64,000 nt of DNA, taken from assembly GCA_034520965.1 (NCBI GenBank), contig JAXHMY010000002.1, positions 128,001 through 192,000 on the forward strand, written 5' to 3'. Below the pieces are notes generated by a model. That model was not told the DNA's origin and did not search any database. It saw only the letters and a program-made list of their open reading frames with translations. A program made the translations under genes and the position numbers. Each line of letters starts with the position of its first letter. Within the stretch, counting starts at the first letter, position 1. Below, one piece after another: positions 1-8,379 of the stretch. The DNA comes from Spirochaetia bacterium (GTDB lineage: Bacteria; Spirochaetota; Spirochaetia; DSM-16054; Sediminispirochaetaceae).

Positions 1-158
1 TAAAAGTTCTGGTGGTAGAGCTTATAGTACTGCTCGGCGTAGTACAAATTGTAGGCATTTCCATTGTGCGGCTGTATAAACGTACCTGCCAACAGAAAAA
101 AAGCACACAGAGCAATGAGATATTTACGTTGGAAAAAATTGTTGAAGCATCCTGACAT
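1..158 (-). CDS. 5' part of a probable exported conserved hypothetical protein (runs off the window; apparent frameshift at about 60-92)
   Basis: ATG at 158, just after the tmk stop, gives a signal-peptide-like MSGCFNNFFQRKYLIALCAFFLLAG. A second frame then reads NAYNLYYAEQYYKLYHQNF. Translated by hand. Confidence 0.45.
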   Translation of the reverse strand, partial: MSGCFNNFFQRKYLIALCAFFLLAGTFIQPHNGNAYNLYYAEQYYKLYHQNF

Positions 159-162
159 TACT

Positions 163-804
163 CTAATTATCGGAAGGAGAAAGCCGTTTCCATACCAATT
201 CTTCCAACTCTTCCACCGGCAGTGTGCCGTCGAATATATGAATATTCATTGAAGTGTGTTCAAAAAGGGTAAATGTGTGAAAGTAGTTGGAGCGTATCTC
301 ATCCTGCAGTTCCATCCGCTCGTAAATTTCCTGGGTAGTGTTCCGCTGCACAACCCGCCGATACCCCTCATCCGGCGGGACGTCGAGAAACACAAGGTCC
401 TGGGGCAGCGGAAAGTAACGGTTCAATTCCCACACCGCATCAAAGTTCCAATCTACCGACTGGTAGGCCAGCGATGAGAACAGATAACGATCGCAGATAA
501 CTTTAGTACCTTGCTCAAGCTGTGCCAGAATTCCTTCCTCGGAATGGTAAATATGGTTGTGTCTATCCGCAGCGAATAGCTTGGCAAGAGTTCCTTCTGC
601 AACTACTTGATCGTGTTGTAAAACCTGTCGCACAGCCTTGCCTATAAAGCTTTCAGTGGGTTCACAAGTATATCTGCTGTGGACTCCCATTTTTTCAAAC
701 TTTTGCTGTAACAAACGGCATTGTGTAGTTGTTCCTGAACCATCAAGCCCTTCAAGAACAATGAAATTTGATAAAACTTCAAAATGCGGTAACTCGGTTT
801 TCAT
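163..804 (-). CDS. tmk: thymidylate (dTMP) kinase
   Basis: FIVLEGLDGSGTTTQ P-loop, EPT, LFAADR and DRYLFSSLAYQ motifs. Confidence 0.95.
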   Translation of the reverse strand: MKTELPHFEVLSNFIVLEGLDGSGTTTQCRLLQQKFEKMGVHSRYTCEPTESFIGKAVRQVLQHDQVVAEGTLAKLFAADRHNHIYHSEEGILAQLEQGTKVICDRYLFSSLAYQSVDWNFDAVWELNRYFPLPQDLVFLDVPPDEGYRRVVQRNTTQEIYERMELQDEIRSNYFHTFTLFEHTSMNIHIFDGTLPVEELEELVWKRLSPSDN

Positions 805-850
805 AATTACAAGTTATACTAATGAAATTATATCTCTTTGTCATCTTTTA

Positions 851-880
851 TTGCAAAAAATGGTATTTTTAATGTAGATT
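851..880 (+). promoter_or_regulatory. candidate sigma-70 promoter for the tamB-bamA-skp operon
   Basis: TTGCAA-N18-TAGATT in the AT-rich divergent intergenic region. Confidence 0.35.
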
Positions 881-893
881 TAAAATGCTTGAC

Positions 894-915
894 TAAACTA
901 TTGATAAACTATTGA
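894..915. repeat. 11-bp tandem direct repeat TAAACTATTGA x2
   Basis: Copies at 894-904 and 905-915, preceded by a partial copy TTGAC. Confidence 0.75.
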
Positions 916-969
916 TGTGGCTGAAGCGAGGTGATTTAACTGAAACTGCATATACGGACTATCAAGCCG

Positions 970-3900
970 TTGCCTACACTTATTTTTCTACTGCTGCTCA
1001 TACTGACTGTGATAGTTCTGCTGCCTGTTCAATCTGAAATTGATTCGTACATGAGTGCGTTAAAGCAGGATGCAATTGCTTCACTGGAGAAAACCCTCAA
1101 CCGCTCAATCAGTTATGAAAGCATATCACCGTCTCTGCTTCTCTATCTTGAGGTGAGGGGTGTCGTAATAGAAACCTTCACACCGGAGGGCCCTAAAAAT
1201 GTCGATATAGGAAAAATTAGGGTGCACTACGATTTCTGGTCCATGGTTAAGGGTGAAATGTTTTCCGCGGTAACAGAAATCAGGCTCATCAATTCAAGCT
1301 TTTCAATAGATCAAGTCAATGATAAAGGTTTAATACAAAGAATTACAACACTATTAGGCCTGGCTGAAGAACAAGAGGATGTTGTCATAGACCTCCCCGA
1401 CCGCCTAAAAATCAGTGGCCATAATATAAACATCAGCTATCGAAATCCTGAAATTTCACTGTTTGTTTCAAACCTTTCCTTCGACCTTTCCAGTCGGGAT
1501 ACCCTTCTTCAGTTGGAGGCCCATGGGAAATCCATGGCCGAGTTTACCCGCGAGATTCCTGTCGGAGTCAGCAGCTTGAGATCAGCCGAGAGTGATTTTA
1601 AGATAAACAGCCGCTATTCTACCGAGAAAGGGCAAACTTTATCCCAATTGTCCCTCGATAATTTTACCTCGAACTTGTTGGACTTCAGCAGTCTTACTTT
1701 AGAGGTCGACACAAATGAGCAGAAAGTTAGTATCCGCAAAATTGAGGACCGCTCCCCCTGGGATTTTAAGATCGATTACCTGCCGAATACCGAAAGTATC
1801 CAGATAGAGTTTGCCGCAATAGAATTCTCTCCTATACAAAACATTAAGCCCCGGGGCGACCTCTTTCCCTATTCAGCCTGGCTGAACTCCGTTGTAAGTG
1901 GTACAGCCCATTTAAACTACAATTTTGCAGCTCAAAGCATACATTACCGCAGTCAGATAGAGATAAACGCCGACAACGAGTTTCTGCCGTTTCCCGTCTA
2001 CATGAGCACCAAGGTCAGCGGTAGCAACAATTTTGCAGTGTTTGATCATTTATCATTGAGATCCTCACACATAGATGCGGATTACCGGGGAACCGTGCAA
2101 TTTGAAAGGCCCTTTGCTACCGGCTATATCAATATTCAAAAACTTGCTTTGGGGAAGAGAACTCTACAGGGAAATGCATCGATTGAAGGGACTCGCGAAG
2201 AGTTTTTTATCAAATCATCCTCGGTGGCTGTAGATTCAATAGAAATCAAAGACATTCTTATAAACGGGACTTTAGATTCTGAGGAAGTAGATTTTGAAGT
2301 TTCTGCAGGGCACCATTTACAGGAACCTGATGATGATCAGGAGAGACAGAATATTAGAATAGATGGTACGTATGTGTTCACAAAGAACCCTTTTCTTGAA
2401 CTCTCCATGTCAACTGATAATGTGTCAACTGAAGCGATGTTACAAGAGTTTGTACCTGAACAAATAAAACAATCTGTGCTCAATACACCTCTCTTTTTAA
2501 CTACAGAGGCGTATTTAACCACCAATTTTAAGCGTTTTTCATTTTCTGTGCTGCCGCTCATAGTAAACAACTCGGATGGAGAGGAGCTAGCCCGCGGATC
2601 CATAAATGGGAATAATGAACGCTTAAGAATAGAAAATGCGACTTTAAACCTTGACAGGTATAATATTGGCGGAGATATCGAACTTACCAAACAAACCGAT
2701 GTTACCTACAATTTCAAAAGCTCCGTTTCTGTTAATTCGGTCAACTATGATTTCCGAGGGAGGCTGCACCAGGGAAATACCCTGGTAGTTCGAGGAAACT
2801 ACGGGGTGTATTTAGGCCTGGTGATGCAATCAAAATTTACGGCCGTTTCCTTGAAAATGGACAGGATTCCACTGCCTCTAGGTGATAAAGGGGTATCCGA
2901 ACTAACTTTTAACGGAAGAGGAGTGTACCGCTCAGAAGATAATTGGAATATACAAGTAAAAGAGTTGCATATGCGTGACTTACCTCAACTGCCGGAGGAT
3001 AACCAGCTTGTCCTTTCCGGCAGTATGCGCCCGGGACTATTCCAAGTGAATACACTACAGTATTCCGATGGTATATCAGTTCTCAATGGAAATATCGATA
3101 TCGACTATCAATCATTAGAACCGTTTAAGGGTGATGTATTGTTGAACTTATCAAATGAAAATGAAATGGAAATGTACCGGCTGGTTGCCCGCCGAAATCA
3201 GACGGGACTTCAGTCAAATCTGCAGGTAGAGGCTGCCCCACTGTCCAGGTTTCGTGAGCTTCCTATAAAGGGAATGCTGTCAGGCAGTGTAGATATAAGC
3301 GGAACACTTCAGAAGCCTCAAGTCGACTTTTCTATGAACCTTGATGACGGAGAATTTCGTAACGGACCACTGCTTCTGGAGACGGCCGGGCGCTATAATG
3401 AAGAGATGCTGGACCTGAGCTATGTCCACGCTGAATACCGTTCACATCTGCTTCAAAGAACCAAAGCCAATTTTGATTTTAATTCTGGAGATTTCGCTTT
3501 ACAGGGTGAATACCGCAGTATTTTCTCCCGTAAAAGAGCCTCTGCACATATTAAGCTTACTGGGAACGCGGGGGATATACAACACCCTCTTGAGTTTCAA
3601 AAAATCGGCTCTACCGATGTATCAGCTGAGCTTGCTATTGAACAAATCGAACTGCTTGGTGAGCAGAGAGACAGCTGGTATTTTCAGGCTCTACGCAAAG
3701 ACGGTACTCTACGCTTCAGCGGCGGCCCTGAGGATGCGGTAGAAGGAGTATTCGAAGAAAGCGGAGCATATCAACTCTCCCTCTCAGAACCTCTGCCGGT
3801 TCAATTTAACGGAAGCGGAAACTTGTCGGAGGAAGATTTTCTTACTAAAATCAATGATATTTATATCGATGCGAACCTGATAGGAATGTTTGGAGTAGAT

Positions 3901-5277
3901 GCTATAGATTTTAACTCCGGCTTTCTCACTGGAGACCTTCTGATAGACGGAGCTATAAACGACCCAGAATTCAACGGTGCCCTCGAACTGCAGGGATTAA
4001 GCGGAAACGTGAAGTTTGTTGCAGAGCCAATCGATGCGTTCAGTACTAGGATTGATTTTGAGGGCAAAGAAGCTACCGTTCAGCCGGTGAGAGTAAGTAC
4101 TGGAGGCCGGCAAGCCCAGCTAATTGGCAGTTTTGAGTTCGACCGCTGGACACCCATCAATATTAGAGTAGAGGTTGAAACCCTGCATCCCGAAGGGGTT
4201 CATGTTATCTACAAGGAGGCGGCCTCCGGTCTTAGCGTTGACGCCTATGCCCTGGGTACCTTTATTTTTCAACAGGGTATCGACAACAACCTCATTCAAG
4301 GTAACCTTACCGCCCGCAATAGTGTGATTACCCTAGAGGATAAACAAACTGTTGATATAAGACCTACAACCCCTTTGGTTGTCGATCTGAGCATCAAAAC
4401 CGGAAGAAGGGTGGAGTTTCTGTGGCCCCGCAAAAATCTACCGATTTTACAGGCTTTTGCAGAACCTGACCAAACAGTTAATATATATTTTGAAAGCCTT
4501 ACCAATACCTTCCGACTTACCGGAGAAGTAAACATGCAGGGGGGCGAACTGTATTATTTTCAGCGCAGCTTTTACATAAAAGAGGGAATGATAGCTTTCA
4601 ATGAAGATAAAAACAATTTCGATCCGCTATTGAACGTAGAGGCGGAGATTAAAGAGATAGACAACAGTGGGCGCCCGGTTACCATCTCTTTGATCGTCGA
4701 TAATGAGCCATTAAGCACTTTCACCCCCCGATTTGTGTCGCAACCGGCATTGAGTACTGTTGAAATTGCGAATATACTGGGAGCAAATCTGTACACCCAG
4801 TTTTCTGGAACTCAGACAGATCTGACTTCCGCTTTGTTGTTGACTGGTGATATTTTTAGTCAGTTTAGTGTGGTAAGAACCTTTGAACAACAAGTGAAAG
4901 ATGCGTTTAACTTGGATCTTTTTTCTTTAAGAACCCAAATGGTTCAAAACATAATACTCGAGCGAGTTCTGAATCAGAATATTACCCAGGACCCGGAAGA
5001 AAATGTAACCTTGGGTAGGTACCTTGACAATACTACCCTGTTCTTGGGAAAGTATCTGGGAAATGATCTGTTTTTTGAAACTTTGCTCCAAATACAGCAG
5101 GATCCGATTTCAACAGGAGATTTTCAGGGGGATGAGTTAAACTTTACCATGGAAGTTGGGTTAGAATGGAATACGCCTCTTTTCTTACTTAACTTATCTA
5201 TACGCCCTGATTTTGTGGAACCGCTCAATAGCATCGAAAATACAAGTGTGGGCTTATCATGGGATTACTCATACTAA
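970..5277 (+). CDS. tamB: TamB-like translocation/assembly module protein (start may be CTG at 940)
   Basis: 1435 aa with an N-terminal hydrophobic anchor, a beta-rich body and a DUF490-like C-terminus (GELYYFQRSFYIKEG, FDPLLNVEAE, LFLGKYLGNDLF); directly upstream of bamA. Confidence 0.85.
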   Translation: MPTLIFLLLLILTVIVLLPVQSEIDSYMSALKQDAIASLEKTLNRSISYESISPSLLLYLEVRGVVIETFTPEGPKNVDIGKIRVHYDFWSMVKGEMFSAVTEIRLINSSFSIDQVNDKGLIQRITTLLGLAEEQEDVVIDLPDRLKISGHNINISYRNPEISLFVSNLSFDLSSRDTLLQLEAHGKSMAEFTREIPVGVSSLRSAESDFKINSRYSTEKGQTLSQLSLDNFTSNLLDFSSLTLEVDTNEQKVSIRKIEDRSPWDFKIDYLPNTESIQIEFAAIEFSPIQNIKPRGDLFPYSAWLNSVVSGTAHLNYNFAAQSIHYRSQIEINADNEFLPFPVYMSTKVSGSNNFAVFDHLSLRSSHIDADYRGTVQFERPFATGYINIQKLALGKRTLQGNASIEGTREEFFIKSSSVAVDSIEIKDILINGTLDSEEVDFEVSAGHHLQEPDDDQERQNIRIDGTYVFTKNPFLELSMSTDNVSTEAMLQEFVPEQIKQSVLNTPLFLTTEAYLTTNFKRFSFSVLPLIVNNSDGEELARGSINGNNERLRIENATLNLDRYNIGGDIELTKQTDVTYNFKSSVSVNSVNYDFRGRLHQGNTLVVRGNYGVYLGLVMQSKFTAVSLKMDRIPLPLGDKGVSELTFNGRGVYRSEDNWNIQVKELHMRDLPQLPEDNQLVLSGSMRPGLFQVNTLQYSDGISVLNGNIDIDYQSLEPFKGDVLLNLSNENEMEMYRLVARRNQTGLQSNLQVEAAPLSRFRELPIKGMLSGSVDISGTLQKPQVDFSMNLDDGEFRNGPLLLETAGRYNEEMLDLSYVHAEYRSHLLQRTKANFDFNSGDFALQGEYRSIFSRKRASAHIKLTGNAGDIQHPLEFQKIGSTDVSAELAIEQIELLGEQRDSWYFQALRKDGTLRFSGGPEDAVEGVFEESGAYQLSLSEPLPVQFNGSGNLSEEDFLTKINDIYIDANLIGMFGVDAIDFNSGFLTGDLLIDGAINDPEFNGALELQGLSGNVKFVAEPIDAFSTRIDFEGKEATVQPVRVSTGGRQAQLIGSFEFDRWTPINIRVEVETLHPEGVHVIYKEAASGLSVDAYALGTFIFQQGIDNNLIQGNLTARNSVITLEDKQTVDIRPTTPLVVDLSIKTGRRVEFLWPRKNLPILQAFAEPDQTVNIYFESLTNTFRLTGEVNMQGGELYYFQRSFYIKEGMIAFNEDKNNFDPLLNVEAEIKEIDNSGRPVTISLIVDNEPLSTFTPRFVSQPALSTVEIANILGANLYTQFSGTQTDLTSALLLTGDIFSQFSVVRTFEQQVKDAFNLDLFSLRTQMVQNIILERVLNQNITQDPEENVTLGRYLDNTTLFLGKYLGNDLFFETLLQIQQDPISTGDFQGDELNFTMEVGLEWNTPLFLLNLSIRPDFVEPLNSIENTSVGLSWDYSY

Positions 5278-5299
5278 TATATTTAACGAGGGAGATTAT

Positions 5300-7837
5300 A
5301 TGCGCAAAGGCTGCTTAGCAATCATACTTTTTACCAGCATTCTGTTTGGTCTTACCGCCCAGGAGGACCAGGCCTGGTATATAGACAAGCCGATAACCGA
5401 TATCCAATTTCAAGGCCTACAGCATGTGGACCAAAACGAGCTGGACCCCATTGTAAAACCGTTTATCGGTAGGAACTTTTCCGACAGCCTGTTTATGGAC
5501 CTTCAGAGCAAGTTGTATGCCCTCAATTATTTTTCCAGGATACGAGCTGAGGCAGAAGCACTGACTTCGGCACGGGAAGAAGTTGTGTTGATTTTTACGG
5601 TGGAAGAGCGACCGATAATTGATGAGATTGTGATTAACGGAAACAATAATGCCCGGGATTCAGAGATTTTAGACACAATACTTCTGAAACGCGATGATAT
5701 TTTGACCAAGAACAAGCTGTCTGTAGACGAGAATGCTATTAAAGACCTGTATCTGGAGAAGGGGTTTCCAAACGTAGAAGTCTCTTCCGAGAGTGAAGTG
5801 GATGAGGAGGAGAACACCGTTAAGGTAATCTTTTCGATCGACGAGGGGTATCAAACCCGGATTCGTTCAATACGGTTCTCCGGAAACACCTTCGCCTCGG
5901 AGGACACCCTCAAAAAGCAGTTGGAAAGTAGGGAACAGTCCTTTTTTCACAGCGGAGTATTCAAACAGAACCAACTTGAACAGGATAAATCAAACATCGA
6001 GGAATATTACCGGCAACGCGGATTCATTGATGCTCAAGTGGTTGAGGTTGAACGGGAAGTAATAGACACGGAAGGAAACAGAAACTTCCTTGAATTAACT
6101 TTTTTTGTTGAAGAAGGCTCTCAATGGACCTTCGGCGGAATCAAGTTTGAAGGGAATAAACTCTTCAGCGATGAAGAGTTGTCGAACAGAGTCAGCTTAG
6201 AGGAAGGGGAGACCCTCAATCTGAATCAGCTGCAGCAAAGTTTTGCCCGCATCAGCGATATGTATTACAATGACGGCTATATCTATAACGATATCAGACG
6301 CCAGGAACAACGTAACCCGGAAAACCGAACAGTCTCTTATACCATCACTATAGTAGAGAAGGGACGGGCCCACATTGAAAATATTTTGATTAAGGGCAAC
6401 CAGAAAACCAAAGACAAGGTAATATATAGGGAACTTCCCATTGAAACCGGAGACATCTTCAGCAAAGAGAAGGTCATTTCCGGTATGCGAAATCTGTACA
6501 ACACGGGACTCTTTGCCGATGTAGCCCCGGAAACCCCATATGGAAGCGCCGAAGGTTTGATGGACCTGGTTGTCAACGTGGAAGAAGCCAAAACTACCAA
6601 CATCAACTTTGGAATTACCTTTACAGGACAGGCCGGTGAGTTTCCGGTCATCGGTTTTCTACGCTGGAACGACAACAACTTCCGAGGCCTCGGCGAACAA
6701 CTGTCTATTGGAACCGAACTCTCCGGCAACCGACAAAACCTGAACTTTAGCTATAACACCAACTGGTTGTTCGGCAGGCGGATGTCCGGGGGCATCGACT
6801 TTGATATCAAGCACACCAAGAACACCGATGTAAGGCAAGATATTCAGGATCAACGCTTTACCAAGGAGCAATACGATAACAATGAAGCAGCTCCTGATCC
6901 CTATGACACGTATCAAGAGTATCAGGATGCCTTGGAAAGCGGTGAATCGATCGATGATGCCTATTTGATGGAATACGACGAGTGGGAGTTCTCCACCGGA
7001 GTTTCAACCGGCTACAGCTGGCACCTGAATAAGGGGCGTTTGGGCACCTCAACCGGTGTTCGTACAGGCCTTTCGATTATTGACTATGACGAGGGACTCT
7101 ACCGTCCCTATAACCCGGCGGTCCGTGAAAACCTGAATCAGTGGAGGTTTAACAACCGGTGGTGGTCACGGGCCTATTGGGATACCAGAGACTTTATATT
7201 CGCTCCTTCCAAGGGATACTATTTTGGGCAGACCCTCACCTACGGCGGTGGTCTGCTGGGCGGTATAAGCCATTATATAAAAAGCCAGACCAAAGCTGAG
7301 TTTTTTCATACCCTTCTGGATGTACCGGTGCTGGACAACTGGAACCTGAAAACGGTCTTCGTTATGCACAGCTCCCTCTCGTTCATCCTTCCCCAGTTCT
7401 ACAATGACAACGGTTCATGGACACAGGGTATTGAGGCAAGCACCAGCTACCTGCTTTATACGGACGGAATGAATATTGCCCGCGGTTGGCCCCGTAAGTT
7501 TAACGGCGAGGCGATGTGGGACAACTGGCTGGAATTTCGCATTCCAATTGCAGAACAGGTATTGTGGTCCGACCTTTTCTTCCGCTCCACCGGCTTTTGG
7601 GAAGATCGATCTCAGTTCGGTCTTATTAACGAATCACCGGAAAATTACCTTTTCAGCTATGGAGCAGGAATAAGATTCACTATACCTAATTTACCTTTAG
7701 GTTTGTATATGACAAAGTTATTCAAACTCGATGATAATGGTAATGTTCTATGGCAAGGGGGGCCAATCTTCAGCGATCCGGATGATCCTGAATCAGGCTG
7801 GCGTCTGGTACTTACCATCAATATTGATCTTATGTAG
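5300..7837 (+). CDS. bamA: outer membrane protein assembly factor BamA
   Basis: Signal peptide from ATG 5300 (SD GGAG), POTRA repeats (VEERPII, IKGNQKTKDKVIYRE, LYNTGLF) and a barrel with IARGW and SYGAGIRF. Confidence 0.95.
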   Translation: MRKGCLAIILFTSILFGLTAQEDQAWYIDKPITDIQFQGLQHVDQNELDPIVKPFIGRNFSDSLFMDLQSKLYALNYFSRIRAEAEALTSAREEVVLIFTVEERPIIDEIVINGNNNARDSEILDTILLKRDDILTKNKLSVDENAIKDLYLEKGFPNVEVSSESEVDEEENTVKVIFSIDEGYQTRIRSIRFSGNTFASEDTLKKQLESREQSFFHSGVFKQNQLEQDKSNIEEYYRQRGFIDAQVVEVEREVIDTEGNRNFLELTFFVEEGSQWTFGGIKFEGNKLFSDEELSNRVSLEEGETLNLNQLQQSFARISDMYYNDGYIYNDIRRQEQRNPENRTVSYTITIVEKGRAHIENILIKGNQKTKDKVIYRELPIETGDIFSKEKVISGMRNLYNTGLFADVAPETPYGSAEGLMDLVVNVEEAKTTNINFGITFTGQAGEFPVIGFLRWNDNNFRGLGEQLSIGTELSGNRQNLNFSYNTNWLFGRRMSGGIDFDIKHTKNTDVRQDIQDQRFTKEQYDNNEAAPDPYDTYQEYQDALESGESIDDAYLMEYDEWEFSTGVSTGYSWHLNKGRLGTSTGVRTGLSIIDYDEGLYRPYNPAVRENLNQWRFNNRWWSRAYWDTRDFIFAPSKGYYFGQTLTYGGGLLGGISHYIKSQTKAEFFHTLLDVPVLDNWNLKTVFVMHSSLSFILPQFYNDNGSWTQGIEASTSYLLYTDGMNIARGWPRKFNGEAMWDNWLEFRIPIAEQVLWSDLFFRSTGFWEDRSQFGLINESPENYLFSYGAGIRFTIPNLPLGLYMTKLFKLDDNGNVLWQGGPIFSDPDDPESGWRLVLTINIDLM

Positions 7838-7849
7838 AAGGAGTAGAAC

Positions 7850-8362
7850 GTGAAAAAAATTGCACTGGCAGCAGTGATATTCTTTGTAGTCGTCAGTTTC
7901 GCCGGAGCGGCGAAACTGACTATGGTAGGGGTGGTCGATCTTACAAAAATCGTGTCGGACTATTTTCAGGAGTCTTCCGCCTGGCGGGAGATTGACCGAA
8001 TGGTGGAAAAAACCGAAGAAACCATTGAAGAGCAAAAGGAAGAAATAAACCAACTTGAACAGCAGAAACTGGAAGCCCTCGAAGCCGGGGAGCAGCAGAA
8101 GTCTCTGCAGCTTGAACAGGAAATTAACAAAAAGCAGGAGTACATGAAAGAGTACAACCGCATTATGAACGACCGAATTGAAAACAAAAAAAGTAATTTG
8201 CTAACATCCTCCAGTTTTTCCAGAGAAATCTTACGGGCAGTTGAAAATGTAGCCGATCAGGAGGGCATTTCAATTGTGCTGCGAAAAAAGGACCCCAACA
8301 TTCTTTATTACAACTATGAGGTTGAAATTACCGAGAAAGTACTTGAGTATCTGCGCCGATAG
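7850..8362 (+). CDS. skp: OmpH/Skp periplasmic chaperone
   Basis: Signal peptide, VGVVDLTKI, coiled coil, C-terminal EITEKVL; follows bamA. Confidence 0.88.
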   Translation: MKKIALAAVIFFVVVSFAGAAKLTMVGVVDLTKIVSDYFQESSAWREIDRMVEKTEETIEEQKEEINQLEQQKLEALEAGEQQKSLQLEQEINKKQEYMKEYNRIMNDRIENKKSNLLTSSSFSREILRAVENVADQEGISIVLRKKDPNILYYNYEVEITEKVLEYLRR

Positions 8363-8379
8363 CATCGGCCGAGGTGTAT

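Noticed and set aside
5213..5299. N-terminal extensions in the ORF track (bamA; likewise rpsO, lptG, tgt, murJ, scpB, rpe and the vWA gene)
   Set aside because: Downstream starts have an SD, stop-start coupling or a proper signal peptide; most extensions overlap neighbouring genes
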